A stretch of DNA of 64,000 nt from Oikopleura dioica (Eukaryota > Animalia > Chordata), in contig OU015567.1 of assembly GCA_907165135.1 (NCBI GenBank), forward strand, positions 1,116,001-1,180,000. Direction: 5' to 3'. The translations under genes were made by a program, and so were the position numbers. The notes beneath the pieces are model-generated. The model searched no databases. It was not told the DNA's origin and saw nothing but the letters and a program-made list of their open reading frames with translations. Within the stretch, counting starts at the first letter, position 1; each line of letters starts with the position of its first letter. Shown piece after piece: positions 11,540-22,546 of the stretch.

Positions 11540-12475
11540 TCATAATTCGGCATTTCCATATTTCATGACTCGGGCCAATTCCTTGTAATCTGAAAGAAAT
11601 TATGAGGGTTTGAAGAAACCATAAAATCAGGAAATCTCAAAATCATTTAATTTTTATGATTTGGTTAATATTGACTAGAATTTATAAGAATAACCATCAT
11701 AGTATTTAGCAAAGCCAACTACTCGAAACGCATCAAAACTCGATTGACTATCGTATTCATTACCAAAAGTCCCATCTTCAGCAACTTCAACATCTCTGAG
11801 AAGATCATCAAACTGTTGCTGATTGTAGCGATCTCCAATATTCATCATCATAAATTCAAAGTCAGATCGATGAAGTCTCCCAGTTCCGTTCTCATCTAAA
11901 CAAAGTCATCTCAAACCTTGGGGACAAAATTTCGCCTTACCAAGACAAGAAAACGCCTGTTCAAGCGTGTCGAGTGGATCGGTCTCTCGCATCTTTTGGC
12001 CAAGAAGGGTCAAGAACATTGTGAAATTGATGGGACCGGGGGCTTCTTCGACCATTTTCTGAACTTCATCTTCGCTCAGTTCTTTTCCAAGGGAGAGGAA
12101 GATTTCCCGCACATCTTCGAAGCTGATTATTCCATCATTGTCCTTCGAAACTCATTTTTTTTTCTTCGTGAATAGAATAGCCTACCTGATCGATGAACTT
12201 GAAGGCTTCATTGAATTCCTGAATCTGTTGCTGGTTAAACATGTTGAAGACATTTGAAGTCATTCTGTGACCCCGGTTGCGGCTTTTCTTTGATCTTCTC
12301 ATCGAGCTTTTTCGAGGATCAATAATTTTCTCTCCTTATTCTAGAGTTTTCTCTAGGGAAGATTTTTAATCCCTTTTCTTGCTCTTGTTGACGAAATGCT
12401 TGCTGATTTAGGCGGCTTCTGAGCCGCTATTTCAATTTGTGCGTCACTCGCTTTTTCATTGATCTGGGATCTCAT
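11540..12475 (-). CDS. Myosin regulatory light chain-like protein, probably with an N-terminal extension
   Basis: [47 protein letters not shown]...APGPINFTMFLTLLGQKM...D-YKELARVMKYG. Core start at ATG 12302; the upstream ATG at 12475 needs a 38-nt GG-AG intron. Confidence 0.85.
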
Positions 12476-12641
12476 CTCTTTCTTTTTTTCCAATACGTTT
12501 CTCTTTTTTCTGATATGAAAAAAATGTTTATTTCTCTTTGAAATGGAGATATTCTCTTCTGAATCGTTGCTCTTGCTCTTGAATCATGGAAAAAGGGATC
12601 AACACCTGTTCGACTCTTTTACAGAAATTTACAGAATTTAT

Positions 12642-15600
12642 TCACGGCTCAATTAGCATAGCGCTGATAATATAGGACTGATGAACTTGTCTCTTTTCAA
12701 TGAAAATTGGAGTCATCGTTCCAGCTTCTTTTATCGAGCAGTATGGATCTGCTTCGATCGTTATCTTCGCTAGAATCTCATTTTGGTCAACGGCGCCAAT
12801 TGCTTTTTGAATTTCGCCAACTTTTGAATGACCAACGACTTCGATGATTTCTGTTGGAGATGATGATTTGAAGAATATTGCATTTTCGGAATCAAATCGT
12901 CTAAAAGAGGGGCTAATGTAAATGGCTAAGGGCTAGGGTTAGGGTTAGAGTCACGCTAACTTCCCCAAGACGCTAACTTCCCCAGACGCTGACTTCCCCA
13001 GACGCTAACTTCCCCAAGGTTGTGCAAATTAGCGTTTTGGGCAAGTTAGCGTCTTGGGCAAGTTAGCGTCTAAAGTGCGTGGGCGATCCGTAGAGCGTTG
13101 AATGGCTCTTTCAGCATGTCTTAGTCTGGTAGACAGTCAATCCCCTCTTAGAGTCTAACCTCGACCTTTCCGTGTGTAAAGCGGTCATATTTTCCATTTC
13201 TTTTGAGCAAATTTAGTTTAACGTTTTGAAATAATATTTTTGTACTCCGAGAGTACACTCATTTCGACAGTCGATTTCAAAATTTCTAAGCTCTTATTAT
13301 TTGAAATTAAATATTTTTGATTATTTCGAAGCGTTATTATTAGAACATTTATCCCAAAAAATGCCTGAATTCTCAAACATCTGTCTAAATAACTTAAAAA
13401 TAATGGCTCCTATACTTTCTGAATACTGTTTTCAGTGTTCGATATAAAAATTTCGAGAAAAAAAAATTATTTTTTATAACCGGCAACTTTGACGCTAACT
13501 TGCCAAGACGCTAACTTGCCCAGACGCTAACTTCCACAAGGTTGGGCAAGTAAGTGTTTTGGGGAAGTTAGCGTCTGGGGAAGTTAGCGTCTTGGGCAAG
13601 TTAGCGTGACTCTTAGGGTTAGTGTAAGGGTTTTTACCTTTTCGCGATATATTCGAGAGGTATAAGGTGCGAAGAATCGACTTGTTCTTCCTCAATCTCT
13701 TCGTACTTTTTGAACTTTCGTCTTAGCGGTATTTGACGAAAAGTACCAGAAAAATTTTCATCGATGTTTTCCCTAAGAATCTCAAGAAACGACCAAAAAT
13801 AACTCGGTTTCTTTTCTTTTTTCTGAAGACTGTCGAAAGTTTCCCAAAAAATATTTGCTTTGTTTTCGTAGATTTCTCGTTCGGCGATTCTTTTACCAAT
13901 TTGCCGTTCATTTTCCGGCAAGTCCTCGACTGTCACTTTTTTCACTTCGAACCAAATTCTTTCCAAAACTCCGAGGTTTTCCATCCTGATGAAAGACCTC
14001 TGTATATCGCTTTCGGCCACATTTGTGCCGATTGTTCGTTTATTTCCTCTTCTATCGCCGCAAATGAAGGGCAAGAAGTTCTCTTTCCCGTGCCATTCCA
14101 AAACAAAAGGCCAGCTGTATCGAAGAAAAACGAAAAAGCTCAAAATTGTCCAAATTCCCATAAGCGAAAATGTCATAAAAGAGTTCTCCGTATCATTCAA
14201 ACAATTTGCCGAAAAAGGATCTGGATAAGAAGATGTTTTATAATCGTCGCCAATTTCTGTCAAGACGCATTTGTTCGCCCGCGGTCGGTAAAGAGTCGTA
14301 TTGAAAGTCTTTCTGACAAAGTTCCCCAAATCGGAGATGTTTCGTTTTTGTTCACCGTAGCTGTTGTTTCGTGCAAGGAATTCCATGTCACCATTGTCGA
14401 GAATTCCGTCGATTTTTAGGGCTTTTGGGTCGTAGGAGGTCCATTCTAGCTCGTTTATCACTCAATTTTGAGGATCTTACCGAAAAAACTTCGCAACAAC
14501 TGGCTTAATTTCGATCCCTTCCCTGTTGCGACCATAGTTTGAAAAGTTGCTAAAAACTTCATCGTAGGAATAAACGCTAGAAATGGAAAAATAGCGCAAC
14601 CTCCGATGATGAAATGCCGTCTTCTATACCTTCTTCTTTCGATTCCTATTTTGTCTTTACCAATAGTACCCACAAATTTACGGAACTCATAAATCTGCGA
14701 GAATGCGATGAACAATGCAAGAACTACTTGAAGAACAACATCGATGACAGCTTTTTAGAGCTTCTTTTTATCGATTTCTAAAGCATTTTTCTAGATAAGC
14801 TCTTTCCTGAAATACGGATGTCGAAGTTTGGCGGCTTAAATCTCGTCATATAGAAGTAGGTGACGAATAAATGAGGAATCTCCAGCGTCAAACTTTGCAA
14901 AACAACAATACACATCGTCAACGGAAAAAGAACCATAATCGGGGCTCCCTTGCTTTCGAAGGTTAAAACGACCACCCACTTGACTGCCAGGGCGAAGAGG
15001 CCGAGAAAAGGGTTCGCGAAGAAATACCCTTGAACGAAGATGTTGGGCTGGTAGAGAAGGCCGTCAGATGTGCCGTAGGAAATGGCGACGTTGAGCTTGT
15101 TGTAGTTTGTGTACAGTCCAACGATTAGAATGACGAGCTGAAATAATTTTTATTAAGAAATTTGGATGATCGAACCTTGAGAAGCTTCCACCAATGCGGC
15201 TGAAAGGTCTGCTGCGCGTAGAGCGTCAAAACCGACATGAACGTCATAAATGTCACCACCGCTATCAATCCATTTTTGATCCCGTCATACTTTCTTTTCG
15301 TTTGCGGTTCCGTAAATTTAATCGCAGTTGCTATAACAATAAAGAATAACGATAGACTTGATTTCTAACCTTTAAACTTCCGATCAATTGCTGGCGCGCT
15401 ACGTCTTGTTCTTTGTGGTTGGTTTATTTGTAGAATTTTATGTTGTATTTCGTCTTCTTGTTTGATAAAAGTGATGTTGTTTTCAGCGATAAACTTGTCC
15501 ATCACGGGTCCGAAGGAGTTAACGGTTTTGTTGAAGAGTCCCTCGAAGTCGGCAGTTTCAGTATCGGAGTAGAGTGTTATGACGATATCAGAAACCTGAC

Positions 15601-17417
15601 CTTTACCATAATTCTCCGAGTATCCCTTATTAGAGAAAGTCGGCTTGGATTGTCGAAGCCCTGTATATTCAATATTATTGATTTGTAGCCCGTTAAAGGC
15701 GTCTTTTATAGCATTGGTGAGAAGCTCAATAAAATACTTCATCAATTTCTTATTTTGTTCAAGAAGATCCTGTCGTTCATCATCATCAAAAGCCGCCAGC
15801 TCGTCGGGGTAGTAGAAAATCTTCGAATGCAAAATTGGCAAGTTGACGTTTCTCAAGTCCTGTCGATCCGCGAGACTTTCGCTGGCCTTTTCTTCCGCTG
15901 CGAGACAGTCTTCTTTCGTCAGCTCGGCAATGACTGTCACGCTTTCTGCTCGCTCTTCTCCAAGTTTCTCCAGCTCGGATTCGAGTCGGATGTCATCGAC
16001 GTAAATGAAGAAGAATTTCAAATAAGTCTTCATCCAGACCTCGTCTACGTTTGAAAGGGTAATTTCCATGTTGTCCGTTACAGGATTTACAATAATATTG
16101 ATGCTCTTCTCCATCCCGTGTCCCTGAATAACATCAGGTGTCGACTTGATATTCGTCAGAAGAAGCGGAATATTCGTATGCACTTTGTCGTTTTCTTTGA
16201 ATCACAAATCCAAGGTGATTGTATTGCCGCTGGAAGAAATCGTATTGAAGATTTTCTGCTGCTGTTTTTGTTCAATCAAAGTTGAGAAAATATTGACAAG
16301 TTCTTGTTGAGCGGTTTCGTCGTTGACGTCGTTGTTTTTGTCGAAAAGGTCGTTGTCTTTGATGTTTTGATCGGCAAGGACTACGCCGAGAGCAGACAGA
16401 ATTGGGGCTCAAAAATCAAAATTAGAAAAAATATATTTTTTTTTTAATTTGATTAAGTCATTTGAGCCCCGTTTTGAAACGGCTGAATTGGTGATAAGAT
16501 CTTTGCCCCTATCATCAATATTCGCCACGGCATCTGTCAAAGCTTGAGTTCCAAAGAAGCAGTTTTTGCCATATTTAACCAGTGTTTTGTCATAAAAACT
16601 CTTTATCTTTTCGTTCAGGCAGTTAAATTTACTGATCAGCTCTTTTTCAGGAGAAATCAAACATCTGTTCGGCTCGGGAGAACCAGAATAGCTCGGAAAG
16701 TACAGAATAAAATCGCCTTTGAAAGTTCCAAATTGCTCTAGAATCGAAATGGTGGCTTCTTCATAGTCGCAATAAAACTCGAGATTATTTCTAAGAACCT
16801 AGGGTGGGCAAAATTTTCCCTTGATCCTAACCAGGCTAACCCTAACCCCGACAATTGATTTTACCGACCCTAGCTTGGAGCGTATCGAATTCTTTCCCAA
16901 ATTTCTTCCGGGGTCAGTTGCATCACAAGCGCCGAAAAACATATCTTTTGTATTAAAACGAGCAATCTCATAAACAAATATTTGATAATTTTTTTTCTCT
17001 AATAGGTAAATCTCAGATATAATATCTGGCAAGCGGCTAGTTTAAGATCGGTAGAGGAAAGTATTATAACACGAAATTTTATATTCTCAAAACCTCAAGT
17101 CGTTAAATTCAACTAGAACAGCTTCAACTCAGAATTGCTGACCTTTCCAAAGCTAGCAGATTCATGACGCAGGGACAAAATTATTTATCGACTTTCCCAG
17201 AAAATTAAATGACCAATTATTAGCTCAGAAAAAAGGCTGAGAATAAGAGTTTCAGGAGGAAAACAGAGCGCAGGGGGAAAATAGGGTCGGGTTCTAGTAG
17301 ATTATTTTGATTTATATTCAACATGTTGCCTCCATAAACATTTAGTCTGGCCGCCAAAACGAGATTAAAATTAATGAGACTAATATATTTTATATGATCA
17401 AGCTGGTCAAGGTTCAT
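12642..17417 (-). CDS. Large orphan multi-pass (7TM-like) membrane protein with long ectodomain; 5' exons uncertain
   Basis: ORFs 16409-16660, 15365-16183, 14778-15350, 14458-14750, 13634-14461 and a last exon ~12642-12900 join in frame through short introns; seven hydrophobic segments; RTRR site before TM1. Confidence 0.6.
12948..13612. mobile_element. MITE with TTA target-site duplication (PIF/Harbinger-like) in an intron of the 7TM gene
   Basis: TTA-GAGTCACGCTAACTT...AAGTTAGCGTGACTC-TTA; subterminal arrays of a ~19-20 bp GACGCTAACTTCCCCA unit in both orientations; flanks are TTAGGG-like. Confidence 0.8.
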
Positions 17418-17526
17418 TTCAAATTATCCATAACTCTTGCTTCCTACAAATTTTGACGAAAATATTTGGCGTGTTTTTAGTGGTGAATTTATTGATGGAA
17501 AAAATGTGTGGCAAAAGATGTGAGGA

Positions 17527-18593
17527 CTATTGAGGCATGGAAAAGGATATTTCAGAAAAAGAAACTCCATCGGCATCGTGAGTGTGGTTGGAAATCGTGA
17601 TTTGTGGAGGGATCAGATGTTTGAAACCGCTTCGGTCGAGCATCTTGTCGCGCTTTCGTTGAATGTAGTAGACCATCAAATGGACTTTTCAAAGGTTTCG
17701 AAACGAGAACGACTTGAATAAGAAGTCTGAAAATTGAAACCTTTCCTAGAGGAATAGCAAAAAGAAGAACAACGATTGCCAGCAGCAGCGATCGCTGTGG
17801 ATAGTTCCCCCAATCCAACGTCTCTTCGTAAATTATCTGATAATCAACGCGATCAGAGACGAAATACAGCATCAACGAGTGGATCAAAAAGCAGCAGCCG
17901 ATCCCGATCGTCCAAATAAATTGATAAAGCTTCACTAAAAAGGCCGGTTATTTTGGAAAATTCTGATGAGGTTAGTACCTTGTGTGTCGGTCACGACTAG
18001 GTCAACAATGATTGAAACAGAGTTGATGAGATGACAATGCCAGGAATATGCGTTCAGATCTGTCCGAAGAAGAATCTATAAGAAAATTCTAGATTTTCTG
18101 AGAAGAAAAAAGACTCACCCAGTAAGCAAGAGAGAGCATTATCCCAACATCCCAGCTGAAAATCCGAAATAGCTCGCAAATCCACATTGTTATCTTTACC
18201 ATTCCTTTTTGGGGCCTCTCTACTTCCTTGAATACGAAGTTTATTGCGTGAAAAATGAAGAAATTGAAGGTACCTCTCGGAAGATATAGAAATAAATGCT
18301 CAAGCCGAAAGCGGATGTAAAGTAGATATTGAGCAGGGTCTCGCCCCACGTGGTCAAGTAAATATAATGCTTGGGCAATTCCACGGCTGTGTTCTGAGTG
18401 ATGAACCAGATCAAGAAGTAAGTTGACAATGCGGCGCGATAGAAGAGAAATTTTCGTGTTGAGCGAATTAATCTTCGCGAAAATAAGTAAAAAAGTTAGA
18501 AAGAGCCTACCTTGATCTGTGGTAGGTTTCATTTTTTTGCACTTCGATAGTCGCTTGCTCTGCGATTGATTTGCACATTCTCTGTCTTGGCAT
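17527..18593 (-). CDS. Rolling-stone / FAR-17a-AIG1-like multi-pass membrane protein
   Basis: FLFYRAALSTYFLIW, HYIYLTTWG, HCHLINSV, IYEETLDWGNYP, VHLMVYYIQRKRD; last intron is GA-AG (17685-17745). Confidence 0.75.
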
Positions 18594-18796
18594 TTTCTCT
18601 CTTTTCCTGCTTGTATCTCCAAGTGCTCGAAATGAGCTTTTTCTTTCTGAGGGAAAATAAATCTAGAGACTTTTTCGCGAGATTTTTTTTTGATGTTTCT
18701 TTATTTTTTTCAGAACACAAATAAGAAAAACAGCCATGCAAGGGTAGAATCTGAGAGAATCTTATTTTTCTTATTCGCGGATGTATTGATGTCTTG

Positions 18797-19275
18797 TTAC
18801 TCGAGATCGTCTCGGCGAACGAATTGAGATGGTCGGTGTTGAGCTGAAAGAAAGTCTAGTTACCAGTAGTTGAACTTTTGCGCGAAAAATCGGCTTACGT
18901 AAAAGAGAGCTCAGGAATTTAGAGTAGTCGAGGGGCATTGGGGATGCGTAGCGTTTTGTTAAGTAGTCTGACATCGGGCCGTACTCGGGATCCATTTCAG
19001 CGATCTCAGGAGATCTTTTCTTGCCACCTAAAAGGAGATATAAAAAGGGGCTTTGCTCGGCAACCTGTGGAATAAATCTGACTCAGGCTCTAAATGATCG
19101 CTTTGAACAAAGTTGAACTACGCTTTTGCGATCCTTCAAAGCCTGACTCAGATTTTTTGCACAGGTTTCTCTCACCAGGAAAAAAGCCTGGCTTGGAAAT
19201 CTTACTTGGGTTGAAACCAAAGCTCCAATGCTGAGCCGAAACTCCCGCTGCAAATAAAATTTTCAACAACTTCAT
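18797..19275 (-). CDS. GnRH: GnRH-type neuropeptide precursor (3 exons)
   Basis: Exon 1 19275-19206 and exon 2 19027-18899 give MKLLKILFAAGVSA-QHWSFGFNPS-G-KKR-SPEIAEMDPEY...; signal peptide, QHWS decapeptide, amidation and cleavage site. Confidence 0.85.
19055..19173. mobile_element. Short copy of the GCTCGGCAACCTG...CTGAGTCAGG TIR family in GnRH intron 1
   Basis: Left GCTCGGCAACCTGTGGAATAAATCTGACTCAGGCT; right AGCCTGACTCAGATTTTTTGCACAGGTTT. Confidence 0.6.
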
Positions 19276-19530
19276 TTTTTTTCCTTATTTTTCCTATGAC
19301 TCTCTTTACTTGCCTTTTTATTTCCAAAAAACAAATTTATAATCTGTCTATAAAGCGTCGTTTGGTCCTGTTATTTGTGCGTGATTAACGGATCCGTACC
19401 ATGAATTCATTATTTATTGAGCGCGCGTCAAGCCGGATAAATGCTAAATTGGGAATTGTTTTGTACTAGGAAGTCGTTTGTTAAAATGGAACGAGGTTTC
19501 AAGAGGCTAGAAAAGATCGTTTTTTATTGT

Positions 19531-21520
19531 TTATAAAAAAGTTTCTTGGTGTTTAACAAAAGTGCCGTGGAAAGAGACAGAAATATCATAATCATCTGGA
19601 AGCCAAATTCTAGCGATCTCTGTCATTTCAACTGGCTCTAGAATCAGCATGAACGGTCGAAGATCAGAATGTCCTTCGAAGGCCGAAACAAGAGAGAGTA
19701 GGACACCGTCGGTTTCGGATTCGGCACCAGGGCGGGAGACGAAGAAGGGCTCGGATGGGGAGTAACCAGCCTGAAATTTAATAAATGAGGGTTAAAGAAG
19801 ATGAAAAATAGCGGACCTCTCTCCAAACGAATCGTTCCTTGGTTGATATTTGCGAGTGATAAAGCCTGTCGGCCATGATATTGCCCATTCCAACGGACCA
19901 AAAGTGATCGTACTTTACCCCGACGTAATCGAAATTGATCATTGGGAAGTCAGTTCCAGCGGCGGTGTACATTGGCCAATTGACCATGTCAGGCTCGTAT
20001 AGGACCTAAAGTAATGGTTTATCACTGTCTATTTTTTCGTGACGTACAGTTGGCTCGACGTATTCGTCCGATTTGGCCATCAAACCGTCCATGCCAAATT
20101 CGTATCTAACGGGAATGCCAATTGGGAGCATGCTTTCATGGACTTCTTGGAGCGCTTGGCCAGTAGCGTTGACTGTATCCAGGTAATATGCTGAATATTG
20201 TTAGGTTTCGCTTTGAAATTTATCTCTTACCCATCATGATATCCCCCTTGGGAGTTTCGCAAGTATCCAAGATGATTTTATCCCCATCTTGGTAAGCTTG
20301 AATCATGTGAATCTGCATGAAGGCCTCTGTTGAAAACGTCTTAGGGAACCACCTCATGTTTTTCTTGTCGAAGATTTTGAAGTATCCGGGCTTTTCTTCG
20401 TTGTAAAACATCATGTCCATCGGTGGCTCTCCTGCTTTACACGCATCGGCCATTTTGAATGGGTCGAGTTCAATGCTGAAAAATGGGTATTTTATTTTAT
20501 TCTTTAGGCAAATATCTACCTTGTTACTGGGAGGACGAGGAAGTCGGTGGTCTGGACGAACATGTGGAAGTATCTGACGGTCTTGTCTCGCTCATCTTCA
20601 TTGTACAAAAAGTCGCCGAATTCGACAGATGCGAGAAATTCTTCCGGAGTTGCTTGGTAGGCAAAGGGGTTTTCAACATCACGAACAGCGTTTTTGATCT
20701 TCAGCGTTCCATATGCGGCTAAAAACTCATGCTAGCTTCTTTGATGTTTTTTTTCTTACTTTTTGGGACAAACGCAAAGGGTTCGTTGTAGACTCCTACG
20801 CTCATCGTCCAGAAATCTCCGTTGGCATCGAGAGAACCATGGGCAAGAACAGTGACAATGAAGTAGCCCTCTGGTTTGACATCGCCCAAGTCCAAAATGT
20901 GTTTTGTTTCCAAAGTAACAGGATCGTTGAGAGTGATCATTCGGGACTCAGTGAAGCCGACCATCCAGCCGTGGATCGGGTAGAGCGAGACGATCGTGTT
21001 ATCTGAGGGGAAGGATTCGTAGAGATGGTAGCATCGGGCTTTTGAAAGTTCTTCGTCGGCGAGATCTTCACAGCCTTCCGGCTCTGCCCAGGTGCCCATT
21101 TCGGTGTAGACGATGGCGTCTTTTTCGACATTGGCGAGGCGATGAGTGGACTCGATGTATTTGCTCTTGAATGAAAGTTTTAAGCCAAATCGAAAAATCA
21201 TCGGCAAATGTAGAAATTTTTTATTTGAAGATTACCTGATAATGAACATCTCCATTGTCAAACTCAATCTTTTGGATGATCGCCGAGGGATCGAAAATAT
21301 GCTTGAAGTGATCCTGTCCGTATTCGTATTGTCCGGGTCCGTTTCGGAACATTGATCCTTTCAGCCAGCTCGGGACCTCTCCATCAATTTTGTCCAATTT
21401 TACACGTTCAGGATGCTCCTGCATCGTCCTAAACAGACCTCCAGCATCTTCAGTATAAGAAGCTTGATCGTCAGCAAATGCTAGGCCAAGCAGAAGGGCC
21501 TTTCTTAAAAACGATACCAT
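19531..21520 (-). CDS. Carotenoid cleavage oxygenase (BCO/RPE65 family) with N-terminal signal peptide
   Basis: GEVPSWLKGSMFRNGPG, DFPMINFDY, SEPFFVSRPGAESETDGVLLS; four Fe-ligand His (VLAHG, YFHMF, QIHMI, SFHGTF); N-terminus MVSFLRKALLLGLAFA-DD. Confidence 0.9.
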
Positions 21521-21754
21521 TTTCTTGTGAGTGAAAATTTTCAACTGAGAATGTCCATGGTTAACCTGGTTTAAATAACTTCGATTTTGTCTTGACATTT
21601 GCGTATCAACAGCATAACGATCAGAGCGCAGTTGAGTTCAATCTAGCAGAAATTGCAGGGGTTAACAATATAAAAGACCAACGTAAGAAAAACGTAAGAA
21701 GAATGATAAAAGTTTGATCAAGAAACTTGTTAACCTAACAATTAGGTTAGGTTA

Positions 21755-21855
21755 TTGGCAAGCTTTCGGCATTTCGCCATCATCAGGCCAGGTGAAACGG
21801 GACGAGAAACGGGATGAAGAAACGGGATGATGGCGAAATGCCGAAAGCTTGCCAA
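21755..21855. mobile_element. 101-bp MITE with TA TSD (Tc1/mariner-like)
   Basis: TA-TTGGCAAGCTTTCGGCATTTCGCCATCATC...GATGATGGCGAAATGCCGAAAGCTTGCCAA-TA: perfect ~30-bp TIRs; interior GAAACGGGA x3. Confidence 0.75.
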
Positions 21856-22546
21856 TAAACTATGGCGAAAAACAATATTATAAAACATCAACTTCAATTA
21901 CAAATTAGGTAAGGGTAAGGGGATCAAGTTATTGAAGTGATTTTATCTTTTTATTATTTTGATTGGTCGGTAAACCAAATACAGCAATCTTATTGGTAAT
22001 CAAAGAATACACTTCCATAAATTGTTTTACTCAAAAATCGTCAGAATCAGAATCTTTTCTTCTGAATTTTTTTTAAATCGATAGCGAAGTTGATAGACCC
22101 ACTCCCGAAAATCCCTTCTCCTGCTCCGTCAAACTGGGACCCGACAGGGATTTAAACATCCCGAAGTTCGGACCCGAACTCCTCAACCTTGAGTTTGTAG
22201 ATTTTTTTTATTTCAATTACCAAATTTGTATTTTCGGCTCGGTCACCTTGAATTCACCTTGAAATTGTTGCAAAACTGCATTTTCCGAAAGTTACGCAAG
22301 AAAAACGTAAAATATGAACTAAAACTCTATAACCTGCAATTTGACAAACTATGAAACTTTTATTTCTGCGATAAAAACAGTCACTCTTATCGTCATTCCA
22401 TGGAAAAATAAATGAAGTGTTTTTGAATTCCCCTGAACTCATTTAGTCCTGCATCCTTGACATTCAAATTTTCTCAAGAAAAGCAAGAAAAAAAATAGAC
22501 TTTTGCCAAGAAATCATTGTATTCTGTTTCATTTAAAAAAATAAAT

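Noticed and set aside
15365-16210. In-frame TAG (15365) and TGA (~16202) within one long frame, suggesting readthrough or code reassignment
   Set aside because: Each can be removed by a short 3n intron (39-nt GT-AG; about 33-nt GC-AG), and other genes use TGA/TAG/TAA as normal stops.
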